Shown: one piece after another, positions 52,579 through 62,222 of the stretch | Layout of the letters: every line of letters starts with the position of its first letter | Position numbering within the stretch: the stretch's first letter is position 1 | Source of the DNA: Pseudothermotoga sp. | GTDB taxonomy: Bacteria > Thermotogota > Thermotogae > Thermotogales > DSM-5069 | DNA: 64,000 nucleotides | Assembly (NCBI GenBank): GCA_041640575.1 | Contig: JBEPZZ010000004.1 | Span: 12,107 to 76,106, forward strand | Reading direction: 5' to 3' | Notes under the pieces: model-generated | Told to the model about the DNA's origin: nothing | Databases searched by the model: none | Seen by the model: only the letters and a program-made list of their open reading frames with translations | Translations under genes and position numbers: made by a program

Positions 52579-53709
52579 GTGGAGATAACAGATGTAGTTC
52601 GCAAAAGTGCGCGGAGTTTCGAAACACCGTTTTTGATAATGGATCTGAATATTGTCGAAGAGAATTACAGAAGGCTTCAAAACGCCATCCCGGGTTGTAA
52701 GATTTTCTATGCCGTCAAAGCGAACAGCCATCCGAGGATCATTGAGAGACTCAGAGATTTAGGAAGCAATTTTGATGTCGCTTCCATAGGTGAAATTAAA
52801 AAGCTTCTAGGCCTTGGAATAACACCAAATAGAATGATCTTCGCCAACCCCATGAAAAAAGAGAAAGACATAGTTGAAGCTTACAAAATTGGTATAAACC
52901 TTTTCGTTGGAGACTCACCAATGGAACTTGAGAAAATTGCTACTAACGCACCAGGTTCGCAGATCATTGTTCGTGTTGCAGTGGAAAATAAGCATAGCGA
53001 TTGGCCTTTATCAAGAAAATTCGGAGCAGATCTTTTAGTGGCTGTTGATTTACTTGGATACGCCCAGAAGTTGAATCTCAAGCCCGTTGGTGTCAGTTTT
53101 CATGTTGGTTCTCAAAATTACGATCCACACAGCTGGTCAAACGCTATTGAAAGCGTTGCGAAAGTCTTTTATTGGGCAGAGAGAAATTTCAACATTAAGC
53201 TCCACGTCCTGGATGTTGGTGGAGGAATACCTGTAAAGCACCTGAAACCAATTCCAACAGTTGAAGAAATCGGAGCAACAATTATGCAGTCTGTAAACGA
53301 ATATCTTCCTCACGTTAAAGATTTAACCATCTTTGCTGAACCTGGTAGATCAATGGTTGGAAACGCTGGCATATTGGTCAGCAAAGTTATCTTAAGATGC
53401 CAAAGAGGAAGCGAAGAATGGATTTACCTAGATACCGGAGTATTCCATGGACTTATGGAAACCATTGAAAATTTCAGATATGAACTCGTTGTTGAAGGAA
53501 AAGAAAATGAAAAGAAGATACCCTTTGTCCTTGCTGGTCCAACGTGCGATAGTGTAGACAAAATATACGATGATGCAATGCTTCCGTACAATATTACCCT
53601 TGACGATATTGTATATTTCATTAATTCCGGTGCTTATACCGTTGAGTACGGTACTAACTTCAACGGAATACCTTCGCCAAAAGTATATTTCGTTCAGGAT
53701 TTAGAGTAA
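52579..53709 (+). CDS. Fold-type III PLP ornithine/lysine decarboxylase
   Basis: FYAVKAN, FDVAS, SFHVGSQ, DVGGG, EPGR, GPTCDS, GAYT. Confidence 0.9.
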   Translation: MEITDVVRKSARSFETPFLIMDLNIVEENYRRLQNAIPGCKIFYAVKANSHPRIIERLRDLGSNFDVASIGEIKKLLGLGITPNRMIFANPMKKEKDIVEAYKIGINLFVGDSPMELEKIATNAPGSQIIVRVAVENKHSDWPLSRKFGADLLVAVDLLGYAQKLNLKPVGVSFHVGSQNYDPHSWSNAIESVAKVFYWAERNFNIKLHVLDVGGGIPVKHLKPIPTVEEIGATIMQSVNEYLPHVKDLTIFAEPGRSMVGNAGILVSKVILRCQRGSEEWIYLDTGVFHGLMETIENFRYELVVEGKENEKKIPFVLAGPTCDSVDKIYDDAMLPYNITLDDIVYFINSGAYTVEYGTNFNGIPSPKVYFVQDLE

Positions 53710-53718
53710 ATCGTATCC

Positions 53719-54114
53719 TCAGCCTTGGACAATCTGGATGTACACCATTCTCGATCTTGGGCCATCAAATTCACAAAGAAAGATTTTTTGCCAGGTTCCA
53801 AGGCTGAGTTTTCCGTTTGAAACAGGTAAAGAAACTGAATTTCCCACCAAAGAAGCCTTTATGTGAGCGTCGGAATTACCTTCGGAATGTCTGTATTTGT
53901 CGCGCATAGGTACTAATTGAGCCAATTTCTCAAGTATATCAACTTTAACAGAATCATCATAACCCTCATTGATCGTGATTCCAGCAGTTGTATGTGGAAT
54001 AAAAACAAGGCAGATGCCTTCTTTAACACCGGATTGATCAACTACTCTTTGTATAGGTTCAGTTATATCGACAAATTGTTCTCGTTCAGAAGTCCTAACA
54101 CTCAACATTTTCAC
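53719..54114 (-). CDS. yjbQ: YjbQ (UPF0047) family protein
   Basis: PHTTAGITINE, NSDAHIKASL, LGTWQ..EFDGPR. Confidence 0.92.
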   Translation of the reverse strand: MKMLSVRTSEREQFVDITEPIQRVVDQSGVKEGICLVFIPHTTAGITINEGYDDSVKVDILEKLAQLVPMRDKYRHSEGNSDAHIKASLVGNSVSLPVSNGKLSLGTWQKIFLCEFDGPRSRMVYIQIVQG

Positions 54115-54128
54115 AGCTTGTTCCCTCT

Positions 54129-54401
54129 TTATTCGAACATAACATTGGTTATTATCACAATATAACCGTTATGTTCTTCGAAATCGACCTTAACTTTTTG
54201 TGGATCAACTTTAAAAGTATCGCTCACCCAATCGACAATTCTTTGCCTGATCTTTTCAGAATTTTCTTCAAACTCACTCTTTGGTATAACCTCAGTCACA
54301 GCAACTGGTCTACGGCGTTCCAAGATCGTCTCCAATCTTTTATAAGCCGTTTCTCTACTTTTCTCCCTCTTTTTTCTTTTGAACAATCCAAAGAACCACA
54401 T
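54129..54401 (-). CDS. minE: Cell division topological specificity factor MinE-like
   Basis: N-terminal amphipathic FFGLF, SRETAYKRL; directly follows minD. Confidence 0.72.
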   Translation of the reverse strand: MWFFGLFKRKKREKSRETAYKRLETILERRRPVAVTEVIPKSEFEENSEKIRQRIVDWVSDTFKVDPQKVKVDFEEHNGYIVIITNVMFE

Positions 54402-54407
54402 CGTCTC

Positions 54408-55223
54408 TCATCCCCTTTTCCTTCCGAAGAGGTTCTTGAAGAAGGATAAAAGACCCTTTCCAGACATCTGAGCTATATCTTCTTCCACAGGAATATCTTC
54501 TCCCTTTATCCTCTTTGCGATGTTTTCGAAAACCTTTGATATACCAAAGTCCCCATTTAAAACCACGGGAAGACCTTTGTTTGTTGCTATAATGACCTCT
54601 TCGGAATCCGGGACAACACCAATAATCTCAAGTGCAAGCGTAGATTGTACGTCGTCCTGTGTTAACATTTCGCCAGCTTTAACCATTTTTATTTTGAATC
54701 GGTTCAAAATAACCTTCATTGATTTTTCAGTGAAACCAAAATTTTCCAGTAATCCCACCACTCTGTCGGCATCTGAAAGCGCTGGAAGTTCAGGTGTAGT
54801 TACAATCAAAGCTAACTCAGCTGGTGCTACCGCGTTTCTAAATCCTCTTTCTATACCTGCAGGAGAATCAATAATGATGTAATCGAAATTGGGATACAAA
54901 GCTTTCACAATTGCTTTCATATCCTCTGGGGAAACCATTTCCTTTGTTGCAACTTGAGATGCAGCAAGCAAATAGAGATTTCTGAGTTGTTTATGTCGAA
55001 CCAATGCCTCGTGAGGATTTACCTTCCCATTAACAACATCAAGCAGAGTATAAACGACTCGATTCTCAAGACCAAGTACTACATCAAGATTTTTCAATCC
55101 GATGTCGGCATCGATAAGGCATACCTTTTCACCAAACTTAGCAAGCGTACAACCAAGGTTTGCTACTACTGTTGTTTTCCCCACACCACCTTTCCCGGAC
55201 GTTACAACAAAAACCCTTGCCAC
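54408..55223 (-). CDS. minD: Septum site-determining ATPase
   Basis: TSGKGGVGKTT, DADIGLKNLD, DSPAGIE, C-terminal amphipathic LLSFFKNLF. Confidence 0.95.
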   Translation of the reverse strand: MARVFVVTSGKGGVGKTTVVANLGCTLAKFGEKVCLIDADIGLKNLDVVLGLENRVVYTLLDVVNGKVNPHEALVRHKQLRNLYLLAASQVATKEMVSPEDMKAIVKALYPNFDYIIIDSPAGIERGFRNAVAPAELALIVTTPELPALSDADRVVGLLENFGFTEKSMKVILNRFKIKMVKAGEMLTQDDVQSTLALEIIGVVPDSEEVIIATNKGLPVVLNGDFGISKVFENIAKRIKGEDIPVEEDIAQMSGKGLLSFFKNLFGRKRG

Positions 55224-55260
55224 ATTACCACCACCTTTGTTTCGGAAGATCCTTTTTGAA

Positions 55261-55680
55261 TAAATTCTACCACACACATTATCGCTATTTTCACAGTTTA
55301 CCACCACAAGATATTGTGGTGGTAAATAACTTCGTCAACATATTGATAAGGTGGTAGAAAACTTTCGAAGCGCTCATAAATAAAGCATTTTTGGTGGTAG
55401 AAATCTCTAAAGATACGATTTAGAAAGAATTTTCTTTGCTCAAATATATGTTAGACAAATTCAATAGATAGATGATTTTGCTCTATTTAAGAGTCAAAGA
55501 AGTTTTCTACCACCAATTTTTGCTTTTCTGAAGCATGTTTTAGAAGTTATCTACCACTTATCTACCAGTTTTCTACCACCTTTTCTACCACCCCTTTTAC
55601 AGTCGTTTCCTCACACTGCAAGCTAATTTTGAAATACTATACTTGAGTTTTCTACCACCCTATATATTTTCAACTACTAA
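55261..55680. other. oriC: Probable chromosomal replication origin (oriC): array of (T)TTCTACCACC boxes around an AT-rich spacer
   Basis: Six exact TTTCTACCACC copies (reverse at 55350 and 55393; forward at 55504, 55570, 55582, 55649) plus variants at 55265, 55547 and 55558; same CTACCACC core as the T. maritima DnaA box. Confidence 0.75.
55297..55326. repeat. Perfect 13-bp inverted repeat of box-like half sites
   Basis: TTTACCACCACAA-GATA-TTGTGGTGGTAAA. Confidence 0.85.
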
Positions 55681-55723
55681 GTAAAAGATTGGAGTAAAAT
55701 ATCATTTAGTAGAAAGGGGGATT

Positions 55724-56479
55724 ATGATGAGAAAACTTTTCTTATTTGTCATTCTAACAGCTGTTCCTATGATCCTCAGTGCTACAAATTCTGTTGAATT
55801 GGAAAACATGTTAGTTCACTACCGCTCCTTAAGACTTGAAGAAGAAATGCTTCAACTCATAGATGTTCTTGAAGATGTTCTTGAAAAAACACCTCAAGAT
55901 GGCTACATTTTGGCTATGTTGTGTGAAGCGTTAACAGAATATGAGATATGGGCAAAAATACCAGAAAGTGAGAAAGTAAAGTTTTACGAAAAAGCTGTGG
56001 TAACTGGGAAGAAAGCAGCCGAAATGTTACCAAGTAGCTCTTACGCCAACTTTGTTGCAGGAGCTGCAATAGGAAGGTTAGCACAATTTAAAGGAATAAT
56101 TCAAAGTCTTTTTATGCTTGGTGACTTTGACAAGTACATTCAAAAAGCAATAGAACTTGATCCGAAGAATTACAGGGCTTTAATCGCAATGGGAATGAGA
56201 TACAGAGATACGCCTTGGCCTTTTAGGGATTTAAAGAAATCAGAAGAATATTTTTTGAAAGCAATAGAAGCTGAACCTGGTTACATAAACAGTTACTATG
56301 AATTAGCACTATTGTATGAGGAAATGGCAAAAGCATCAAGAAGCAAAGAAGAAAAGGATAACTACCTTACAAAAGCAAAGGAGCTGTACGAGAGAATACT
56401 TGAAATGGAACCTCATCCACAATGGATAAAGCAAGGACTTGAAACGAAGGAGATAGTTGCCAAAAAAATAGGGAAATGA
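55724..56479 (+). CDS. Exported TPR-like protein
   Basis: Signal peptide; KAIELDPKN, KAIEAEPGYINSYYELA. Confidence 0.82.
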   Translation: MMRKLFLFVILTAVPMILSATNSVELENMLVHYRSLRLEEEMLQLIDVLEDVLEKTPQDGYILAMLCEALTEYEIWAKIPESEKVKFYEKAVVTGKKAAEMLPSSSYANFVAGAAIGRLAQFKGIIQSLFMLGDFDKYIQKAIELDPKNYRALIAMGMRYRDTPWPFRDLKKSEEYFLKAIEAEPGYINSYYELALLYEEMAKASRSKEEKDNYLTKAKELYERILEMEPHPQWIKQGLETKEIVAKKIGK

Positions 56480-56501
56480 TCCAAATAGAGGAGGCGATTA
56501 A

Positions 56502-57104
56502 ATGCTAGCGAAGTACTGGATGAATCCGGATTTTCCATACGTGAAACTGGGAACAACGGTTCAGGAAGCTCTTTCAGTTATGAGAAAAAGTAGAACACCC
56601 TATTGTGTACTTGTAGACGAGAGCATGGTCTTCCAAGGTTTTATTTACCGAAATAACCTGGCGGAGGTTCAAATGGAAGCCTCTGTTGATGATTATGTCA
56701 CTTTTCCCGATTACTACGTCTATGAAGACAGTTATATTGAAGAAGTAGCTTTGACATTTCGCGAGTCACAGGAAACTTGTTTAGCTGTTGTAGATAAGAA
56801 TCTTGTTATGAAAGGTGTGTTAACTCTGGCAGAGATTCTTGATGCATTTGTTGCAATGACTGCTATGGATGAACCTGGCACACGAATCCTTCTCAAATTA
56901 GAAGATAAACCTGGCGAACTAAAAAAGGTTTTCGATGTTTTGGCACTCAACAAGATGAACGTTTTAGCTGTTAATACTGTAAGGGGAAATGGATATAGAA
57001 AAGTGTCGATAAAAGTTGATACTCCAAACCCAAAGGATGTCGAGAAAGTACTACAAACCTTTGGAGTTAATTTTGACTTGCTGGCAAAGGAGGAGGGATT
57101 CTGA
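56502..57104 (+). CDS. CBS + ACT domain protein (AcuB-like)
   Basis: CBS pair (VVD..KGVLTLAEIL) followed by EDKPGEL ACT motif. Confidence 0.85.
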   Translation: MLAKYWMNPDFPYVKLGTTVQEALSVMRKSRTPYCVLVDESMVFQGFIYRNNLAEVQMEASVDDYVTFPDYYVYEDSYIEEVALTFRESQETCLAVVDKNLVMKGVLTLAEILDAFVAMTAMDEPGTRILLKLEDKPGELKKVFDVLALNKMNVLAVNTVRGNGYRKVSIKVDTPNPKDVEKVLQTFGVNFDLLAKEEGF

Positions 57105-57817
57105 GTAAATTTTTATTAGCAGCTGTACAAGGTGCAACTGAGTTCTTGCCAGTCTCTAGCTCAGGGCATATTGCTTTGCTTGGACACTTAATAAATATCG
57201 AAACAAATCTTTCCCTGGTAGCTTTGCTTCATTTCGGAACGTTGTTTTCTGTTCTAATTTTCACTTTAAAGGCAGTTTTGAGAATTTTTAAGAATCCAAA
57301 GCTGATTCTTATGCTAGCTTTATCAACAATACCCGCTGGTCTGGTGGGAATTTTCTTTGACGAAATAGTCGAGCAAGCTTTTCAAACGACCAAATACTTA
57401 CCTATATTCTTTTGTATAACCTCCGTATTACTACTTGTAGCAAGCAAGATCGATGGCAATAAATCCATAGAACAAATGACTCTTACCGACTCATTGGTGA
57501 TAGGTTTTTTTCAAGCTGCAGCGATTTTGCCAGGCATATCAAGGAGTGGTGCAACAATTGCAGCAGCGTTGATTCTTGGTTTTGATAAAAAGGACGCGCT
57601 GGAATATTCTTTTTTACTTTCAATACCCATTATAGCTGGTGCAGGATTGATGAAAATTAATGGTTTAAGTCTACATGGATTTCACCTCTTCTTAGTAGCG
57701 TTCATCGTAGGTACTTTATCGTTGTTTGTGCTCAGAAAACTGGTTTTAACTAAGAAATTGAATATTTTCGCGTTTTATTGCTTGGCAATTGCAATCTTGA
57801 CTTATTTTGTGAGGTGA
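57101..57817 (+). CDS. uppP: Undecaprenyl-diphosphate phosphatase (BacA), inferred CTG start
   Basis: QGATEFLPVSSSGH, LHFGT, PGISRSGATI, YSFLLSIP. Confidence 0.9.
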   Translation: MSKFLLAAVQGATEFLPVSSSGHIALLGHLINIETNLSLVALLHFGTLFSVLIFTLKAVLRIFKNPKLILMLALSTIPAGLVGIFFDEIVEQAFQTTKYLPIFFCITSVLLLVASKIDGNKSIEQMTLTDSLVIGFFQAAAILPGISRSGATIAAALILGFDKKDALEYSFLLSIPIIAGAGLMKINGLSLHGFHLFLVAFIVGTLSLFVLRKLVLTKKLNIFAFYCLAIAILTYFVR

Positions 57818-57824
57818 TTTTCTT

Positions 57825-58466
57825 GTGAAGCTTGAAGTTTTGATTCCAGGTGGTACTATAAGAGTCAGTCCATATGTATTCGCGCCCTATTCAACCACAT
57901 GCTTACTCTATGATAATGAGAGAATTGTACTAATAGATCCAGGGGGCTTTCCAGCATTTGAAGCTTTAGAAAAGGCGTTAATTCAAAGGAATCTCAAAAC
58001 AGATGATGTTTCTGACATTCTTATTACGCATGTACATATGGATCATATATTCAATAGCCTGTTCTTTGACAACGCAGCAGTTTACGTACATGAAAAAGCT
58101 TTGACGAGAAATTATGCCAGTTTTGGGCCATTGTCGGGCAGATTGTATCCTACAGTGGTTTCATCGTGGAAGAAAATTCACACACTTAAAGGTGGCGAAG
58201 AACTTTTTGGTTGTGTGAAAGTACATTTCACACCATATCATTCCTCGGATCACATATCATTCTTAATCGAAACTGAAAACATGGGAAGAGTTCTTGTGAG
58301 TGGTGATGTATGCTTAACACAAATTGACTATTACGAAATGATAAAGGGCTATAGAGATGATGATGCCGCAAAATTCATAAAGGAAATGTCAAATATTTGT
58401 GATTGGATTGTCTTTCCCCACGCAGAACCACTTAAGGTTAATGGAAAGGAGAAGCTGAAAAGATGA
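57825..58466 (+). CDS. MBL-fold metallo-hydrolase
   Basis: LIDPG, THVHMDH, TPYHSSDH, SGD, PHA. Confidence 0.88.
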   Translation: MKLEVLIPGGTIRVSPYVFAPYSTTCLLYDNERIVLIDPGGFPAFEALEKALIQRNLKTDDVSDILITHVHMDHIFNSLFFDNAAVYVHEKALTRNYASFGPLSGRLYPTVVSSWKKIHTLKGGEELFGCVKVHFTPYHSSDHISFLIETENMGRVLVSGDVCLTQIDYYEMIKGYRDDDAAKFIKEMSNICDWIVFPHAEPLKVNGKEKLKR

Positions 58467-58825
58467 TTGAAGAATTCGTTAATTATAGGGAAAAGCTTAA
58501 CCAAATCATAAACGAAAAAGGTAATCTTCATACAAAAAGATTCATGAACTTAGATTCACAAGTATACACAGATGGAGCTCTAAGCACAAAAACCAAGGAA
58601 ATGCTAGGCTTAGTTGCCTCAATGGTTTTGAGGTGTAACGACTGCATTCTCTATCACTTGATAAGGCTTGTTCAACTTGGTACAAAAGATGAGGAATTTT
58701 TTGAAATCTTCAACGTGGCGCTCATTGTTGGTGGATCAATAGTCATTCCACACCTTCGAAAAGCTGTTGAAGCCCTCGAAGAATTGAGGGAGATGGAGAA
58801 AAGTGGCAAAGTTATTTCTCTTTGA
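58463..58825 (+). CDS. Carboxymuconolactone decarboxylase/AhpD-family protein
   Basis: DGALSTKTKEMLGL..RCNDCILYH. Confidence 0.88.
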   Translation: MIEEFVNYREKLNQIINEKGNLHTKRFMNLDSQVYTDGALSTKTKEMLGLVASMVLRCNDCILYHLIRLVQLGTKDEEFFEIFNVALIVGGSIVIPHLRKAVEALEELREMEKSGKVISL

Positions 58826-61481
58826 CGGTACCGGCTTGGCTTATCGTGCGTATTATGCGTTGGATCAATCATTGAGTACAAGCTATGGTGTTCCTACGAA
58901 TGCTACTTATGGTGTCATGAGGATGATAATCAAGTTCCTCAAGGAAAATATCAAGTCTGGGGACTATGCTGCATTCGTGATGGACAAAAAGACTAGGACC
59001 TACCGGCATGAACTGCTTGAAACCTATAAATCTCATCGCAAGCCTGCCCCAGATGCTATGATTCAGCAACTACCATATATTCAGCGAGCAGTAGAAGTGC
59101 TTGGAGTCAAGGTTCTAGCTTACGAGGGATGTGAAGCTGACGATGTAATAGCGACTTTAGCAAAGAAAGGGGCAAATGTTTTCGATGAAGTTATTATTAT
59201 TTCTGGCGACAAGGATATCCTCCAATTGGTGAATGACAAGACAAAAGTTTTCAGACCTACAAAGGGCATCACTGAACTCGAATTGTTCGACGAAAAAAAG
59301 GTAAGAGAGAGATTCGGGGTATCACCTTCGCAAATAGTTGATCTACTAGCTTTGATGGGTGACAGCGTGGATAATGTTCCAGGAGTTAAAGGAATAGGGG
59401 AAAAAACAGCTGTCGAACTTGTTACAAAATATGGAGATTTAGAAAGCATTCTTGAGAAGGTTGATCCTCAAAGCAAGATTGGCAGGCTTCTTCATTCAAA
59501 CTGGGATGAAGCTGTGAAAAGCAAAAAGCTGGTTACACTTTTAGTTGATTTGGACTTAAAAGTGGATTGGCAAGATTTGATGTACAAAGGTTTTAAGAAA
59601 GATGAGCTTGCAAGTTTTCTTAGAGAAATGGAATTTTCTAGCATAATGAAAGAGCTTGGAATCTATAAGACACAAGAAGAGGAAAGCCCATATCAAACTG
59701 TAGACAGCGAAGAAGCATTTCTTAACTTGGTGGCAAAGGTCCAAAAAAGTCAGTATTTTGTGATTGATTTAGAAACAGATTCCCTTTCTCCTTTGGATGC
59801 CAGAATAGTTGGTTTTTCAATATCACTTCCAAGCAAAATCAGTTACTATGTACCTGTCTCGCATAGGAATGAACCAAATATCAGGAAAGATCTAGTTCTT
59901 GAAAAACTGAAACAAATTTTGGAGGATAAATCGGCAAGGATTGTAGGACAAAACTTAAAATACGATTACAGCGTTTTAAGAATGCATGGTATCAACCCTG
60001 TCACGCCACATTTTGACGTAATGCTGGCCGCTTATTTGCTTAATCCAGACGAGAAAAAGTTTAGTTTAGATGAACTTGCACTCAAATTTCTGAACTACAA
60101 AATGATCAGTTTCGACGAGCTTGTAAAAAGCACTTCTCCTCTCTTTGGACCAACCAATTTTGCTGATGTTCCAGTCAAGGAGGCAACAAAATATTCTGCT
60201 GAGGATGCAGATATCACAAGAAGACTTTATGAAATTTTTGTTGTTAAACTCCATGAGAACGATCTGATGGATGTAATGGAAAAAATAGAAGTTCCATTGA
60301 TACCGGTACTTGTGGAAATGGAACTAAATGGAGTGTATATGGATGTCAATTACCTCAAATCTTTATCCAATCGATATTCAGCTAGGATGAGTCAGCTGGT
60401 CGAGCAGATATATCGATTAGCTGGTGAGGTTTTTAACATAAACTCTCCAAAACAGATTAGTTATGTCTTGTTTGAGAAGCTGAAGATCAGGCCAAGCAAG
60501 CGAACACCGACAGGTGAATTTTCGACGAGGGCAGATGTCCTGGAAGACTTAGCTAATGAGCACCCTATCGTTTCATTAATTTTGGAATACAGAAGATACC
60601 AAAAATTAAAATCAACCTACCTAGATATTCTACCTCAACTAGTACATCCCAAGAGTGGGAGGGTACACACTAGTTTTCACCAGACAGGGACTGCCACAGG
60701 AAGGCTTAGCAGCAGTGATCCAAATCTACAGAATCTTCCAACCAGGCATGAGGAAGGCAAAGAAATCAGGCGTGCCATCGTGCCTCAGCAAAAAGGATGG
60801 AAAATATTGAGTGCTGATTATTCACAGATAGAATTAAGGGTTTTAGCACATTTAAGTTCAGATAAGCGTCTTATAGATGCATTCTCCAGAAACGAAGACA
60901 TCCACTCTTTAACTGCTTCGAAAATTTTTGGAGTGGAGTTAGATAAAGTGACACCACAAATGAGAGCAATTGGTAAAATGGTGAATTTTTCAGTCATATA
61001 TGGAGTATCCCCATATGGTTTAGCACAAAGAACTGGCTTAAGCTATGAGGAAGCTCAGAAATTTATAAAGGAGTATTTCGAACTCTATCCGCAGGTTAGG
61101 GAATATATCGAAAAAACTGTGAATTTTGCGAAAGAGAAAGGATACGTCAAAACTTTATTTGGCAGAAAAAGGGAGGTTCCGCAACTAAGATCAAAGGATT
61201 CATTAGTAAGGCAGGAAGGTGAGAGGATAGCGATCAATACACCTGTTCAAGGAACAGCTGCTGACATAATGAAACTTGCAATGATAGATATATATAACAA
61301 AATGAAACAAGGAAATCTTCGATCGAAAATGATACTTCAGGTTCACGATGAATTAGTTCTAGAAGTAGTTGACGAGGAAATCAATCAGGTTTGTGACATT
61401 GTGAAAACCTCCATGGAGAGTGTGGTAAAATTATCAGTGCCGTTGAAAGCAGACGTCGAGATTTCCGAACACTGGGAATAG
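58803..61481 (+). CDS. polA: DNA polymerase I
   Basis: 5'-exo (EADD, GDSVDNVPGV), 3'-exo DLET, ADYSQIELR, QVHDELV. Confidence 0.97.
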   Translation: MAKLFLFDGTGLAYRAYYALDQSLSTSYGVPTNATYGVMRMIIKFLKENIKSGDYAAFVMDKKTRTYRHELLETYKSHRKPAPDAMIQQLPYIQRAVEVLGVKVLAYEGCEADDVIATLAKKGANVFDEVIIISGDKDILQLVNDKTKVFRPTKGITELELFDEKKVRERFGVSPSQIVDLLALMGDSVDNVPGVKGIGEKTAVELVTKYGDLESILEKVDPQSKIGRLLHSNWDEAVKSKKLVTLLVDLDLKVDWQDLMYKGFKKDELASFLREMEFSSIMKELGIYKTQEEESPYQTVDSEEAFLNLVAKVQKSQYFVIDLETDSLSPLDARIVGFSISLPSKISYYVPVSHRNEPNIRKDLVLEKLKQILEDKSARIVGQNLKYDYSVLRMHGINPVTPHFDVMLAAYLLNPDEKKFSLDELALKFLNYKMISFDELVKSTSPLFGPTNFADVPVKEATKYSAEDADITRRLYEIFVVKLHENDLMDVMEKIEVPLIPVLVEMELNGVYMDVNYLKSLSNRYSARMSQLVEQIYRLAGEVFNINSPKQISYVLFEKLKIRPSKRTPTGEFSTRADVLEDLANEHPIVSLILEYRRYQKLKSTYLDILPQLVHPKSGRVHTSFHQTGTATGRLSSSDPNLQNLPTRHEEGKEIRRAIVPQQKGWKILSADYSQIELRVLAHLSSDKRLIDAFSRNEDIHSLTASKIFGVELDKVTPQMRAIGKMVNFSVIYGVSPYGLAQRTGLSYEEAQKFIKEYFELYPQVREYIEKTVNFAKEKGYVKTLFGRKREVPQLRSKDSLVRQEGERIAINTPVQGTAADIMKLAMIDIYNKMKQGNLRSKMILQVHDELVLEVVDEEINQVCDIVKTSMESVVKLSVPLKADVEISEHWE

Positions 61482-61494
61482 GAGGCAGTGTTAA

Positions 61495-61974
61495 ATGGAT
61501 GCAAGATTAGTGAATGCTTTGATAGCAGCTATTATTAATACTTTTGAAGTCTTACTAGGAATCAAGCCAAATGTTGGGAAGCCTGGAGTGCTCAGAGAAG
61601 TTAGGCCAAAATTTAACCTTGTGACGATTATCGGTTTTGTAGGAAGTAGTGAAGGAAGCTTGATCTACTCTTTTAATCCAGAGACGGCACTGAAATTAGT
61701 TTCGAAGATGACGGGGACATCTTACGAAGCAGTGGATGAATTTGTTATGAGCGCAGTTGGAGAAATTGGTAACATGATTGCCGGCTCTTTAGCCGTAAAT
61801 TTGGAAAAAATCGGTTGCAAGATTACTATCAGTCCGCCAACAGTTGTTGCAGGTAAGGAACTTAAGCTTGCTGTTGAAGGATTAATTGTAGGTCTTCCTG
61901 TAAGCATCTTAGAAAGTAACGATGCAGAGATTGTGATTTCTTCAAAGGGATCAATTTTGATTTTGCAAAAGTAA
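61495..61974 (+). CDS. cheX: CheX chemotaxis phosphatase
   Basis: SAVGEIGNMIAG, ISPPTVV. Confidence 0.9.
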   Translation: MDARLVNALIAAIINTFEVLLGIKPNVGKPGVLREVRPKFNLVTIIGFVGSSEGSLIYSFNPETALKLVSKMTGTSYEAVDEFVMSAVGEIGNMIAGSLAVNLEKIGCKITISPPTVVAGKELKLAVEGLIVGLPVSILESNDAEIVISSKGSILILQK

Positions 61975-62222
61975 TGACGAAATTTGCTCTTTTTTTCCAG
62001 TTTGGTATCACAGTTGTATCGAATATTTTAGTTGGAACACTCTTGGGATATTATATCGATAAGTGGACTTTCGATAACAAGGTCTTGTTTGTTATTTTCA
62101 TCTTCTTGGGAGTTGCATCAGGATTGTACAATGGGTTCAAGTTCTTGCTTAAGGAAGCAGAGAAGTATGACAAACACTCTAAGAAAAATGACGATAGTCA
62201 TAATCCTTTTAGCACTAATTGA
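61974..62222 (+). CDS. AtpZ/AtpI-family (ATPase gene 1) protein
   Basis: GTLLGYYIDKW..FLGVASG; two TM segments; heads the atp operon. Confidence 0.82.
   Translation: MTKFALFFQFGITVVSNILVGTLLGYYIDKWTFDNKVLFVIFIFLGVASGLYNGFKFLLKEAEKYDKHSKKNDDSHNPFSTN

Noticed and set aside
55261..55680. CRISPR array, MraZ-type operator or REP elements as the explanation for the repeats
   Set aside because: Units are only 11-12 bp, occur in both orientations and are irregularly spaced, with no spacers or cas genes. No mraZ/dcw cluster is adjacent.
55660..55682. DnaA-trio tract after the last box
   Set aside because: Only CAA-CTA-CTA fits the 3-nt periodicity, which is too weak to call.
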